64,000 nucleotides of DNA from Gammaproteobacteria bacterium (GCA_965222615.1 CBDCUI010000008.1:672001-736000), one strand, 5' to 3'. Positions 19,844 to 30,051 are shown, counted from the stretch's first letter. Translations and numbers: made by a program. Notes: a model not told the origin generated them from the letters alone.

Positions 19844-20278
19844 TTATTTTTTCGTAACCACCATATCGAATTCGATTACCTTTTGGCGTTGATCTCCGAT
19901 CCATTGTGTTTCTAAAGTATTAAATCCTTTTGCGGTTACGATAAAGTGAATATGAGGAATTGGCATATTTGGCCATTCAGTTTCAAATTCATAGCGACCC
20001 TCCTCATCTGTAAACATGTATGCATATAAATAGTCTTCGTATCTTCCATTTTCACTACCTTGCCAGTGTGCGATCTTGGCGTTTGCAATCGGTTTACAGC
20101 CAATTTCAGATAAAACTCGTCCTTTAACGGTGACTCCCTTACTCACATTGACTTTCTCAACTGTTACAGGTTTATAGTGAGTGCCGGTGCTTCGATGTGG
20201 AGTAGGGTTGCAGTTCTCGGCCACCGTACTCAAGGGAGTTAAAATTACAAAGAACAATAAAATTAGATAAATACGCAT
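19844..20278 (-). CDS. Exported intradiol ring-cleavage dioxygenase-like protein
   Basis: Signal peptide; VKGRV...CKPIANAKIAHWQ...GRY, PHIHF. Confidence 0.65.
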   Translation of the reverse strand: MRIYLILLFFVILTPLSTVAENCNPTPHRSTGTHYKPVTVEKVNVSKGVTVKGRVLSEIGCKPIANAKIAHWQGSENGRYEDYLYAYMFTDEEGRYEFETEWPNMPIPHIHFIVTAKGFNTLETQWIGDQRQKVIEFDMVVTKK

Positions 20279-20487
20279 GGGTAAGACCTCCCAAAACTAA
20301 ATTCACATACCAGTAGACCATAAAAATCACCAATTAGTTACTAGGAATACATGAGAAACAATATAGAATGATTGTTATTAACTGAAAGCGGATAATTAAG
20401 AATTATCTGTATCACTAGGCCAGGTACGATTAATGTAGCAGGAGCTTTCAAAGAGAATTAATAGCTTACTGCAATATAGAAGAGACG

Positions 20488-20697
20488 ATGAGATATAAAA
20501 TTACATTTGAGTTATTGACTCCAGATAAAACAGCATCGTATGAAGTTTACACACTAAATGGAGAGGCTAAAGCAGTTGTGATAGCAACAGGAAAGCATAT
20601 TTCTTCAGGTAAAGGTCATATTCTAGCAGTGGACATTGAACGTCTAAATGGGAAAAAACCAATTGGTACCGATCTCGTGGACAGAATGGAATGGTGA
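20488..20697 (+). CDS. Hypothetical protein
   Basis: 69-aa ORF, ATG after a purine-rich RBS. Confidence 0.55.
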   Translation: MRYKITFELLTPDKTASYEVYTLNGEAKAVVIATGKHISSGKGHILAVDIERLNGKKPIGTDLVDRMEW

Positions 20698-20836
20698 GTA
20701 GTTAATGCATAGCATAAGTTGATCAAAAGGAGTTTAGAGATCTTTTTCCACTAGTCACCAGAAAACAGGTCAGACTGATCTTGCCCTAGTGTAGTAGACA
20801 GCTTGAAGGGAGAAACTAGTTTATAGGTTTGAGATG

Positions 20837-21262
20837 TTAAATATCTAGTTTTTGTTTTAATAGGTACTGAGCATATTTAATTCGTGAGCGTCTGTTTTTT
20901 CTAATTTTGTATTTATCGCACCATTTTGCGTAGTCATCTGCAATAATTTTCACACGTTCAAAAGGTTTCTCGCGACGTAGTAAAGAGATTGTAGCTTTAT
21001 CTGCGTGGCTCAACCATTGCATATAGGAGTTATGAAATGTCTCTGGATCTTCACAGATTTTTTTAGTTTTTTCCCATTCGTCCACATCATACCAGGGCAC
21101 CCCTACCACAGTTAATTTGGAAGATTTTGTATAGCGATTTACTTTACGAAATGTAATCCACGGAAGGCCAATTGTGTCGGCCATTCGCTTAATAGTTGAG
21201 TCATTATTGAAAAATTTCATACGTGAAAAGATATCGACGTATACTGAAAATACTAAAGACAA
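20837..21262 (-). CDS. Hypothetical protein (start uncertain)
   Basis: VGVPWY..EWEK..CEDP...SY.QWL motif; an in-frame TAG limits upstream extension. Confidence 0.6.
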   Translation of the reverse strand: MSLVFSVYVDIFSRMKFFNNDSTIKRMADTIGLPWITFRKVNRYTKSSKLTVVGVPWYDVDEWEKTKKICEDPETFHNSYMQWLSHADKATISLLRREKPFERVKIIADDYAKWCDKYKIRKNRRSRIKYAQYLLKQKLDI

Positions 21263-21427
21263 AATAAGTACAGAAGATGCTATTAGCTAGATATAAGAAA
21301 TAAAAATGGAAACTAAAAAAGGAGTCAAATCTCTATTTCGCTACTAAGCCAGTCTAGTTCTGGCATGTAAAAAATGAGTTAGACTAGACAATTAATAATG
21401 GACGAATTAATTGATTAAACAATAGCT

Positions 21428-21652
21428 TTACCCATTGTCCATTTCTTTACACTTATAGATACGGTAACCATCGTGCTCTTCAAATCCATCCGGTAGCCAT
21501 CCTTTATTTAGTATTTCATCCATGATGACACTCATATGTACGCCGAGTGGATCAAGCAAGGAATTTGAAAGTGGTAACAAAAAATTACTCACACTTCCAT
21601 TGTATTGAGAAATAAAGGTTAACGCTTTTGCAATATCAGTGAATGGTTCCAT
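21428..21652 (-). CDS. Hypothetical protein
   Basis: 74-aa ORF, GWLPDGFEEHDGYRIY. Confidence 0.55.
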   Translation of the reverse strand: MEPFTDIAKALTFISQYNGSVSNFLLPLSNSLLDPLGVHMSVIMDEILNKGWLPDGFEEHDGYRIYKCKEMDNG

Positions 21653-22038
21653 TTATAGTACAAAAATTAAATTTATCGTTTATATAAATAGCATGAGCCA
21701 TATACTTGATTATTAGACAAAGTATCTCATTTTAAAAATACAGCTTAATCGTAAACTTTTGTGAAACATTTCATGTTGTTTAGTAATTCTCTAGTCTTTA
21801 CAGTTGAGCAATCAATTACAGCTTAATTTCTTGCCGAAATATCTTTTACATAGCATAATTATATTGGAAGCAGATGGTTGGTTTGTTCCAAAATTTTCTT
21901 TTTGGTTGAGGGAAGCAAACAATTTTGTTTACAGGATGTCGGCATGGCTTAGCGCCATGTAGCCATTTGTGTTTGTGAGTTTGTAAACAGTTTTGTACAA
22001 ACTCAATTAACCATAACAAATTAATAAAGGTGAACATT

Positions 22039-22332
22039 ATGAGTACTAATAAAGATGAAGGAATTCTAGACAAGGCGGCTGGTGCAATTAAAGAAGCGGC
22101 TACTGACACAGTAGAAGCCGCTGATAATATTGTGGATGCTACAGTAGACCTTGCCAAAGATGGTGCAGAGGCTGCGGTAGATGCTGGGAAGGCTGCAGTA
22201 TCTGGTGCAGCAAAGGCCGGTAATTATGTCGCGGAAAAAGCGGATGATGCCGTGGATGCTACAGTAGAACTAGCCAAAGACGGTGCAGAAGCTGTAAAGG
22301 ATTTAGCTACTGATGACAGTGAAAAAGTTTAG
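22039..22332 (+). CDS. LEA-like Ala/Asp/Lys-rich repeat protein
   Basis: 11-mer periodicity; VDATVDLAKDGAEA / VDATVELAKDGAEA duplicated 120 bp apart; RBS aaggtg. Confidence 0.7.
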   Translation: MSTNKDEGILDKAAGAIKEAATDTVEAADNIVDATVDLAKDGAEAAVDAGKAAVSGAAKAGNYVAEKADDAVDATVELAKDGAEAVKDLATDDSEKV

Positions 22333-22346
22333 TTAGAACCTACCGA

Positions 22347-22377
22347 CCTGGGGAAAGGTTAATCTCATCTCCCCAGG
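22347..22377. terminator. Hairpin between convergent genes
   Basis: cctgggga...tccccagg. Confidence 0.55.
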
Positions 22378-22411
22378 CACGGTTCTCTTAAAAAACAAAT
22401 GTATTAACGTT

Positions 22412-23479
22412 TTATAGCGTTTCTAAATGTTCAATGAGTGGGCTGACGGCTGGCTCTAGAACACTTTTTACTCCTGGGATCTGATAAGCTTTCTCAGCAG
22501 CAACAAGTAAAGGCTCTAGCTTAGAGCCTAATACAGATTGCAATAAAGACTTATCTTCACCACTCCAACTACCAATATTCATGTTATCTAAGAATCCCAT
22601 GTGGTCTTTGACGGTAGAAGCTAGTTGTTGAGCAGAATCTGTATCTGTGATGTCTCCTATTGATGATGTCAAGCTGTCTAAACGTTGGCCGAGCTCTTCA
22701 GTAATCGATGTGACTGATGTAGACATCTCGCTTTCTGTTTCAGCCATGGCTTTTGGTTCTGTATGTTCGACAGTTTCAATTTCTCTTCGTTCTGCGCCTG
22801 GCCACAGCAGTGAGAGTAAGAACAATGCGCCTGCAATAAGTGCTAACGGTAATAACAGTCGGGAGAGTCCGCCTCGACGTTCTTCGCGAGTGTCTACTGA
22901 GTCTCGCACTACATGTTGGGTTCGACGTGTGTCATCATCGAAAATATGGCTTACACCGAGTGATTCACGCATATCATTGGGTAATGCATTAGAGATATGT
23001 TCTTTTTGGCCAAGCAAAAGATCTTTTATGCCATCTACACTTAAATTTCCTTGTGCACGTTGTTTCCCGATAAGTCCCATGACGATCGGGCCAAGTAAGT
23101 TCAATATGGTCGAGGCTGCACTGCTGCTTTTAAATCCTGCCAATCTGCTTAATGTACCTAGTACACCACTTTGACGAGATCCAAAAATCATATTGGCAAT
23201 GGAAGCACCCATATTAAGTAAGCCAGATTGGTTACTACCAAAAAGTGAATCACTTAAGTTATTTAAAATGCTGCCATCATGTTGATCGAGTTGATTAAAG
23301 ATTTCTTGAGCTCCGCCGGGACTTTGGGCTTTACTCATTAAGCCAGCCAATATTGCGGGTAGTCCAGAACTGATAGCGCTTTGTGTAGCGTTACCACCCT
23401 CACCAATCATGCCACTAATATTGTCGGAAATACTATTGCTAATAGCATTTGTCGCCAATTCAAGTAAATTAATTGCCAT
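22412..23479 (-). CDS. DUF937-domain membrane protein
   Basis: MAINLLE start after AGGAGG; GLPAILAGL, LGPIVMGLIG, QKEHI..ALP; one TM. Confidence 0.75.
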   Translation of the reverse strand: MAINLLELATNAISNSISDNISGMIGEGGNATQSAISSGLPAILAGLMSKAQSPGGAQEIFNQLDQHDGSILNNLSDSLFGSNQSGLLNMGASIANMIFGSRQSGVLGTLSRLAGFKSSSAASTILNLLGPIVMGLIGKQRAQGNLSVDGIKDLLLGQKEHISNALPNDMRESLGVSHIFDDDTRRTQHVVRDSVDTREERRGGLSRLLLPLALIAGALFLLSLLWPGAERREIETVEHTEPKAMAETESEMSTSVTSITEELGQRLDSLTSSIGDITDTDSAQQLASTVKDHMGFLDNMNIGSWSGEDKSLLQSVLGSKLEPLLVAAEKAYQIPGVKSVLEPAVSPLIEHLETL

Positions 23480-24397
23480 TGTATTCTCCTCCTTTTCTGT
23501 GTAGGTCAGCTGTTTTACGGTTATTTGTGGTTGGCAAAACCGGTTATATTCTATCGCAGGGAAGTTAAACAAGTATATACAGAATGTTTGTGGTTTATTT
23601 AGGTCGTTAAACGTGTAGGGGTGATCTATCTATAGCTTGAATAAAAAAACAAAGCATATGTAAATATAAACAATAGTTAATAGTAAACAGAAGTTAATTA
23701 ATTATGTGTGTTGTTTTCTTAGAAGTCTCATTTAAAAATGGTTCTAAGATACAGAATAATCAGTAATTGTTTATTAGTTTTGGGTTGATTAAAGGTCGAA
23801 TCTTGGCAGGATAGTTTGTAAATATAAACCTGCAATATATTGATAGCTATTGTTATTAGGATAAAACTCATCGACATCACTTACTAATTCACCTCCTAGT
23901 ACATTGTTTGAGAAATTCACGAGTGGAACATAATATTTTTGAGCTTGGCGAGTAATCACTTGCTTATTAAGTTACATCCCGTTCGACAGAAACATGTTTG
24001 TCGGGTTTTTCTCTAAGGCGTTTTATTTGTATGAGGTTCGGTAAATCCAGCATCACGATAAAACGGCATTACCATCACGTAAAAGTCTTAGTAATTCACT
24101 TAGCGCTTTTTGAAGTTCAACAAGATCTTTCCACTAATAAAGTCATTTGCTCTGGTCTAGATAGTGACCAAGCCTTTATTTACGCCTATTTGTAAGCACA
24201 AGCCTTGATCGCTTTTTCAACCGGCTCAATATTTGCGGTGGGGGTGCCAAGATTTACTAGGTCGACACTTTCCCATGATCTTCAAGTTCATTTTTAAAAT
24301 GCGAAATACGTACCTCTAGTGCTTTTCGCTGCCAAGAGCCATGAGTTTCTATCTTGTCCCATAGAAATCAATTATTTATATACCCACAATATAGAAT

Positions 24398-24436
24398 TGT
24401 ATTTACAGCATAAATATATATAATGATGTAAATACA
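24398..24436 (+). promoter_or_regulatory. Inverted-repeat operator overlapping the toxin-antitoxin promoter
   Basis: tgtatttacagcat...atgatgtaaataca (13/14) around TATAAT at 24419-24424. Confidence 0.65.
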
Positions 24437-24452
24437 TCAATTGGAGAATTTC

Positions 24453-24824
24453 ATGAGTGTACAGACTCAAACCTTGCCAGATGCAAATGAAGTGCTAAGC
24501 AAGGCCTTATTAAATAGTAAAGAACGCTTAGGGTTAACGTATACCGAGTTGGGCGAAATTATGGGCAAAGATCGTACTTATTTTACCCGTTTGCGTAATC
24601 GGCCTGTGTTAGAGCCAGACAGCAAAGAAGGTGAGTTGGCCTTGCATGTCATTCGAATTTATCGCTCTTTGTATGCGCTTGAAGGTGGCGATTTAGAAGC
24701 CATGGCAGAATGGTTGAATACGCCTAACAAACACCTAAACGGCATACCAAAAAAATTACTAAAAAATATTCAAGGTCTTATTCAAGTAACGGAATATCTA
24801 GATGCCATGCGTGGTAAAGCCTAA
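24453..24824 (+). CDS. Xre/MbcA/ParS-type antitoxin
   Basis: HTH LGLTYTELGEIMG; C-terminal WLNTPNKHL.G.P...YLDAMRG. Confidence 0.88.
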   Translation: MSVQTQTLPDANEVLSKALLNSKERLGLTYTELGEIMGKDRTYFTRLRNRPVLEPDSKEGELALHVIRIYRSLYALEGGDLEAMAEWLNTPNKHLNGIPKKLLKNIQGLIQVTEYLDAMRGKA

Positions 24825-24875
24825 ACCAGCATTTTACCTCAGCTCTAACCAATCGGAGCTTTCATAATTATTTAT

Positions 24876-25619
24876 ATGTCGTTATCTATTGAGAATAAAT
24901 ATATTCAACCATTGAGTGCGCGGGTTTATCGTATTGCTGAATCGCAATTAATGGTCGCAACCAATACGCTAGTGGATACTGTTGAGGAACAGCAACTGCT
25001 GGAGGAAATGCTAGATCGTGTAAAACCAAATGTACCTCAAGAATGCAAAAAATTTGATTACTTGATCTATACGCCGTTTCGATATCCGCCTCTTAAACAT
25101 GGTTCACGGTTTGGTAAAAAAATTCATCCAAGTATTTTTTATGGCTCAACCAAAATAGAAACCACTTTTGCAGAAATGGCCTATTATCGGTTTGTGTACT
25201 ACGACGGTATGCAGACTCCGCCAAAAAAACAACAAAAAGTGACGCAACACACTACTTTTTATATTAATGCGAAAACCAATAAGGGACTTGCATTGACTAA
25301 ACCACCTTTTGGTAAATATAAAAATAAAATTAGTGACCCCACCGCATATGCTGCTTCACAAGCTCTAGGGGAGGATATGCGCGATAAGGGAGTGGAAGTG
25401 TTTAACTACTTTTCTGCACGTGCTGAGAACGAAATTAATGTAGGGCTCTTCACATGTAAGGCTATCGTCAGCAAAGCACCAAAAGAAAAACAACATTGGA
25501 GCTGTATCACTAAAAAAACCAATGTCACAATTAGAAGCTTAGATGATAGTTGGAAAAACTATAGTTTTAATTTAAAACAATTCCTCATTGATGGTGTGTT
25601 ACCTATTCCTGCATGCTGA
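24876..25619 (+). CDS. RES-domain toxin (NAD+ phosphorylase family)
   Basis: YR.AESQ, TPFRYPPL.HGSRFG, FAE.AYYR, Y.SAR. Confidence 0.88.
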   Translation: MSLSIENKYIQPLSARVYRIAESQLMVATNTLVDTVEEQQLLEEMLDRVKPNVPQECKKFDYLIYTPFRYPPLKHGSRFGKKIHPSIFYGSTKIETTFAEMAYYRFVYYDGMQTPPKKQQKVTQHTTFYINAKTNKGLALTKPPFGKYKNKISDPTAYAASQALGEDMRDKGVEVFNYFSARAENEINVGLFTCKAIVSKAPKEKQHWSCITKKTNVTIRSLDDSWKNYSFNLKQFLIDGVLPIPAC

Positions 25620-25789
25620 GCAAATGTAATTACTAATCATAATTAATATGTCTAATCAGATTTATGAATAAATATTTGGTATGAGTTGTGTTTAATGATT
25701 ACAAATTGGATAATTCAATTTTGTGTGACAACATGGCTAACTACTATTCCCAACTCAAATCTTCTAAGAAGATGGTGTAATCCAAACTT

Positions 25790-26521
25790 ATGTCGCCTAA
25801 ATATTTTTATTCAGTTTTCTTGATTATCTGTTTTTTGTTCATTATTGGCTGTGCTGTAACAACAAACGAAGCTCAAGTTGAGAATATTCCGGATCGAAAA
25901 CCTCTTGATGGAATTTGGTCTGGAGAATTTGATATTGGCGGGCGTGGTCCGTATGACTTTACGGCCGTGCATATTAATGGCCACGCTTTTGCATACAGTC
26001 TGGGTGCTAAAGCCCAGTGTGTGGGTACAGTGAAACTGGATGGTGAAAATTATATCTCTAAATATGCTTTATTCGCTTTGGATGGTGGTCCATTTGATGC
26101 TGCAACGATTACTGGAAAACTTAAAGAAGAAACAAGAATCAATTCACACTTTGTGACGTTAAATGGTGGAGATACGGGCGCATTAAATATTGTCTACGAT
26201 GCAGTTTATGATACGGCTTCATCTTTGCAATTAACTGCTGGGCAATGGACTTATACCGATCGGGATAACTTGACAACAACACTGAGTATTGCGCCAGAGG
26301 GAACAATTGCTGGAACTGATTCTGATGGCTGTGCTTATTTAGGTTATGTGGATTTGATTAATCCTGCTTACAACGTCTATAAGATGAAAGTAGAGATTAC
26401 CGAATGTAGTTCCGTCAATGGTGAATACGAGGGTGTTTCATTTATTAAAGATGATTTATTAAATGTGCAAATTGCAAATGAAAAGTATGCATTGTTTTTT
26501 GCATTTGGCCGTGCTGAATGA
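25790..26521 (+). CDS. Hypothetical lipoprotein
   Basis: IIGC lipobox; beta-rich mature domain. Confidence 0.7.
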   Translation: MSPKYFYSVFLIICFLFIIGCAVTTNEAQVENIPDRKPLDGIWSGEFDIGGRGPYDFTAVHINGHAFAYSLGAKAQCVGTVKLDGENYISKYALFALDGGPFDAATITGKLKEETRINSHFVTLNGGDTGALNIVYDAVYDTASSLQLTAGQWTYTDRDNLTTTLSIAPEGTIAGTDSDGCAYLGYVDLINPAYNVYKMKVEITECSSVNGEYEGVSFIKDDLLNVQIANEKYALFFAFGRAE

Positions 26522-26564
26522 AACATTGTTGTTTATAAAATAATTTTTCTATCTTATCAACGCG

Positions 26565-27452
26565 ATGTCTGTCGCAAAATATTATCCATTTTCCGGTACT
26601 AAAGGTCGTTTGCGTCTTGGGCTTAAATCGATTGCAGTTTCGGACTGGATTCAGTATGAAAGTGATTTTGCTGAAAGAATTGTTGAAAAGAAAAGCCTTA
26701 TTACTAAGCAACGCAAGCATGTGCTTGATTTTTTACAAGCAAGTTTAGATGCGCAAACAGAGTTCTTAGCACTTATTCTTGACTACCTACAAGAGTATCA
26801 GAAAGATTTATTTAAAGTAGAAAAAAATCAGGTGCTTAGTTTACAGGACAATAATACATATGCGATTTCAGATTATACAAGTTGCCCTCTTGAGCTAATT
26901 AGTTATCTTGTAGCAGATGATTTTTGTCTGTTAGAAAATATTGGTGATGATCATAAGCTTGTGGCTGCATCAGTATGTGCTCCTACCTGGTGGGACTTAT
27001 CAGCAAAAATGGATAAACCACTTACCACAGTGCATTCACCTATTGCAGGGCTCGAAGAAAAAATTGGGCGTATGATTCGACATTTTTTGCAAAATCTCAG
27101 TGTCGAAGACTGTTATCAAAGATCAAACTGGTTTCTTTTTAACAGGCCGGATCTATGTGTTTTTCCAAGTAGCTTTAATATGCATGAAGAACTTGCCGCT
27201 ATCAATTTAGAAAACATTGAAGAAAATTTATATTTGCGCAGTGAACGTCAAACTTTTCGAAAATTAAAAACGACGGGGTATATAGTATTCGGTATTAAGG
27301 TTTACATTGCGCCAATTAGTATTGTAAAGAGACATCCTGCCATTGCAGAAGATTTGCAAATTGCCCTTGATACAATGACTACAGATCAAAAACAAGCATT
27401 GGGGATTAGTTTGGTAGAAGCACCTCTAAAAGAATATTTAGGAAAGCTCTGA
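26565..27452 (+). CDS. DUF3445 / heme-dependent oxidative N-demethylase alpha-subunit-like protein
   Basis: DDFCLL, CAPTWW...K..KPL..VHSPI, RSNW, LRSERQT. Confidence 0.82.
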   Translation: MSVAKYYPFSGTKGRLRLGLKSIAVSDWIQYESDFAERIVEKKSLITKQRKHVLDFLQASLDAQTEFLALILDYLQEYQKDLFKVEKNQVLSLQDNNTYAISDYTSCPLELISYLVADDFCLLENIGDDHKLVAASVCAPTWWDLSAKMDKPLTTVHSPIAGLEEKIGRMIRHFLQNLSVEDCYQRSNWFLFNRPDLCVFPSSFNMHEELAAINLENIEENLYLRSERQTFRKLKTTGYIVFGIKVYIAPISIVKRHPAIAEDLQIALDTMTTDQKQALGISLVEAPLKEYLGKL

Positions 27453-27643
27453 TTTATTAATGAAATGTCTGAGACGAGACAAAAAGATTTTGAGACAAAT
27501 CTGCCGGGAGCAGATTTGGAAAGCTTTGCTAGCCGCAGGTCGAGCACCAGGAAGGTGCGAGTCAATACGGAGTGTATATAGTCATACATGAGTATTTCGA
27601 GAAATCTTTTTAACAAAGTATCAGAATAAATCAGAGCTTTCCT
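27440..27643 (-). mobile_element. MITE-like palindromic element copy A (with nested module II)
   Basis: 19-bp TIR aggaaagctctgatttatt / aataaatcagagctttcct; supplies the stop codon of the DUF3445 gene. Confidence 0.8.
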
Positions 27644-27664
27644 TGGGTGTGCAGTGGTGTGATT

Positions 27665-29005
27665 TTATTGTTTCTGTAATGAGTCGCCACGACCAATTGC
27701 AAAATATTCTAATCCAAGTTGTTTCATAAGACTGGGCTCATAGAGGTTGCGGCCGTCAAAAATTACCGGATTGGATAATGATTTTTTGATTTTTGTGAAA
27801 TCTGGGCTTCTAAATTCGTTCCACTCTGTAACAATTGCTAAGGCATCTGCAGAATCTAATGTTTGGTCAGTATTACTGCACAATTTGAGTTGGGAATGAT
27901 CACCATAAATGCGTTGGCACTCATCCATCGCAACTGGGTCGTAGGTTTGTACGATTGCACCTGCCTTCCACAGTGCTTCCATTAGTTCGCGGCTAGAAGC
28001 TTCACGCATATCATCCGTGTTGGGTTTGAACGCCAATCCCCAAATTGCAATTACTTTATCTTTTAAGTCGCCTTTAAAGTAGTTGTTGATTTTATTGAAT
28101 AAGACTTGTTTTTGGCGTTGATTAACTTCATCTACTGCGGAAATTAAAGTGGATGGATAATTCACTTCTTTAGCAGTATGTTGTAAAGCCTTAACATCTT
28201 TTGGGAAGCAAGAACCACCGAAACCACAGCCAGGATAAATAAATTGATACCCGATTCGAGGATCAGAACCAATACCTAATCGAACTTGTTCGATATCGGC
28301 GCCTAGATGTTCGGCAATATTTGCAAGTTCATTCATAAAGCTGATTTTCGTAGCAAGAATTGCATTGGCTGCGTATTTTGTTAATTCAGCTGAGGCGAGG
28401 TCCATTATCTGTACACGATCATGGCTGCGGTTAAAGGGCGCATACAATGCACGCATAAGTTCCGCAGTACGTGGATTTTCTGCGCCGACAATGATGCGAT
28501 CCGGTTTCATGAAATCTTCAATGGCCGCACCTTCTTTTAAAAATTCAGGATTTGAAACTACATCGAATTCAACTTCTACAGATCGCGTTTGTAATTCTTG
28601 TTGAATTGCATCGGAAACTTTTTGAGCTGTCCCAACCGGGACAGTAGATTTATTTACAATGATTTTATAATCATTCAGATTTTGTCCAATGGTTTTTGCA
28701 ACACTTAATACGTGTTGTAAATCAGCAGAGCCATCTTCATCAGGCGGTGTACCTACGGAGATAAATTGAAATAAGCCGTGTTCGAGACCTTCAATTGCAT
28801 TAAGAGTAAAGTCTATCCGCGTTGCTTCTACATTAGTTTGGATAAGTTCTTGTAGGCCGGGCTCATGTATGGGAACGATACACTGTTTTAGCTTTTTGAT
28901 TCTGTCTTCGTCTATATCTACACAAAGCACATTATTCCCTACTTGTGCAAGGCAGGCAGCGGTGACTAAACCAACATAACCAGAACCGTATATTGTTACA
29001 TCCAT
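27665..29005 (-). CDS. ugd: UDP-glucose 6-dehydrogenase
   Basis: [43 protein letters not shown]. Confidence 0.93.
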   Translation of the reverse strand: MDVTIYGSGYVGLVTAACLAQVGNNVLCVDIDEDRIKKLKQCIVPIHEPGLQELIQTNVEATRIDFTLNAIEGLEHGLFQFISVGTPPDEDGSADLQHVLSVAKTIGQNLNDYKIIVNKSTVPVGTAQKVSDAIQQELQTRSVEVEFDVVSNPEFLKEGAAIEDFMKPDRIIVGAENPRTAELMRALYAPFNRSHDRVQIMDLASAELTKYAANAILATKISFMNELANIAEHLGADIEQVRLGIGSDPRIGYQFIYPGCGFGGSCFPKDVKALQHTAKEVNYPSTLISAVDEVNQRQKQVLFNKINNYFKGDLKDKVIAIWGLAFKPNTDDMREASSRELMEALWKAGAIVQTYDPVAMDECQRIYGDHSQLKLCSNTDQTLDSADALAIVTEWNEFRSPDFTKIKKSLSNPVIFDGRNLYEPSLMKQLGLEYFAIGRGDSLQKQ

Positions 29006-29210
29006 CGTTTTTACGTAGAAATTGTTAGATAGAAATGTTTGAAATTCGAGATCGCCAGTATTGAATGTGTCGCGTAGATTTATGATAGAACTTTATCAGA
29101 TTAATACTTCTGTTGTGTGACCTAGACCGACAAACTTTCACTTTTCACATGTCACACGCTAATAGTCTTAAGAATATTTTTAATTCAGAACATGATTGCC
29201 GCTTGTAATA

Positions 29211-29240
29211 TTGACACTTTGTAGAGCTGTCCCGCACAAT
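29211..29240 (+). promoter_or_regulatory. Putative sigma70 promoter of the tRNA-Tyr-derived pseudo-RNA
   Basis: TTGACA-18-CACAAT, same layout as the promoter at 29526. Confidence 0.55.
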
Positions 29241-29249
29241 AAATTTTTC

Positions 29250-29445
29250 AGAGGGGTACCCAAGCGGTCAACGGGCGAGTATATGGATATACGAGAGAGA
29301 GAACGCATCATGGAGGATGCGTACAATAAGTAATCTCTTACTTTAATTTGAACGTCCTCCAGCCACTAAATCTATTGGATTTAGTGGGATTGGGCGGCCC
29401 GTAGGGCGAAGGGCAGGGGTGGCCTAATCCTTTCCAGCTCTTTCA
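29250..29445 (+). other. tRNA-Tyr-derived structured element (partial duplicate with inserted hairpins)
   Basis: 29251-29275 is identical to tRNA-Tyr nt 2-26; ends aatcctttccagctct; several hairpins in between. Confidence 0.65.
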
Positions 29446-29525
29446 GAATCGCGGCTAAAACTTAAAAACATGCATGTTATAAGCATTAGTTAATGTTAAT
29501 GAGTAGAGTGAAAGAAGTATAAGAA

Positions 29526-29555
29526 TTGACAGCCAGCGAACTGAACACGCACAAT
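29526..29555 (+). promoter_or_regulatory. Putative sigma70 promoter of the tRNA-tuf operon
   Basis: TTGACA-18-CACAAT about 10 nt before tRNA-Tyr. Confidence 0.6.
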
Positions 29556-29565
29556 ATTTTTAACT

Positions 29566-29650
29566 GGAGGGGTACCCAAGCGGTCAACGGGAGCAGACTG
29601 TAAATCTGCCGGCTCAGCCTTCGGAGGTTCGAATCCTTCCCCCTCCACCA
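29566..29650 (+). tRNA. tRNA-Tyr(GTA)
   Basis: 85-nt class II cloverleaf, gcaga-ctgtaaa-tctgc, CCA. Confidence 0.97.
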
Positions 29651-29709
29651 GACATGCGCATGGCTATTATGCGCAAATTAAGTATGATGAAATCATACCT
29701 TATGATTTA

Positions 29710-29783
<74 letters not shown>

Positions 29784-29975
29784 AGAGACTAGCCGGATAA
29801 TTGCGATTTTATAGCTGTATTGGTTTAGCACGTGCGAAAGTTAAAGTTATCTAGCCGTGCTGTACGTATAGGTCTCAACTAAACCTACCTGTTAAGAAAA
29901 TTATGAGCTGGTGCTATAGAAATAGTAAATAGTACTGCAGATTAAAATTTCAAGGTTTACAATTACGCAACTTTT

Positions 29976-30051
<76 letters not shown>

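Noticed and set aside
20364-20382. Fur-box-like tagaatgattgttattaac
   Set aside because: Partial match in AT-rich DNA, with no iron-related gene context
20280-21700. Short orphan ORFs as integron cassettes
   Set aside because: No complete RYYYAAC...GTTRRRY attC palindromes and no intI seen
27386-27616. Small ORFs overlapping repeat elements (also 19625-19837, 35232-35420, 56217-56435)
   Set aside because: Open frames arising from repeat sequence; no RBS or protein motif support
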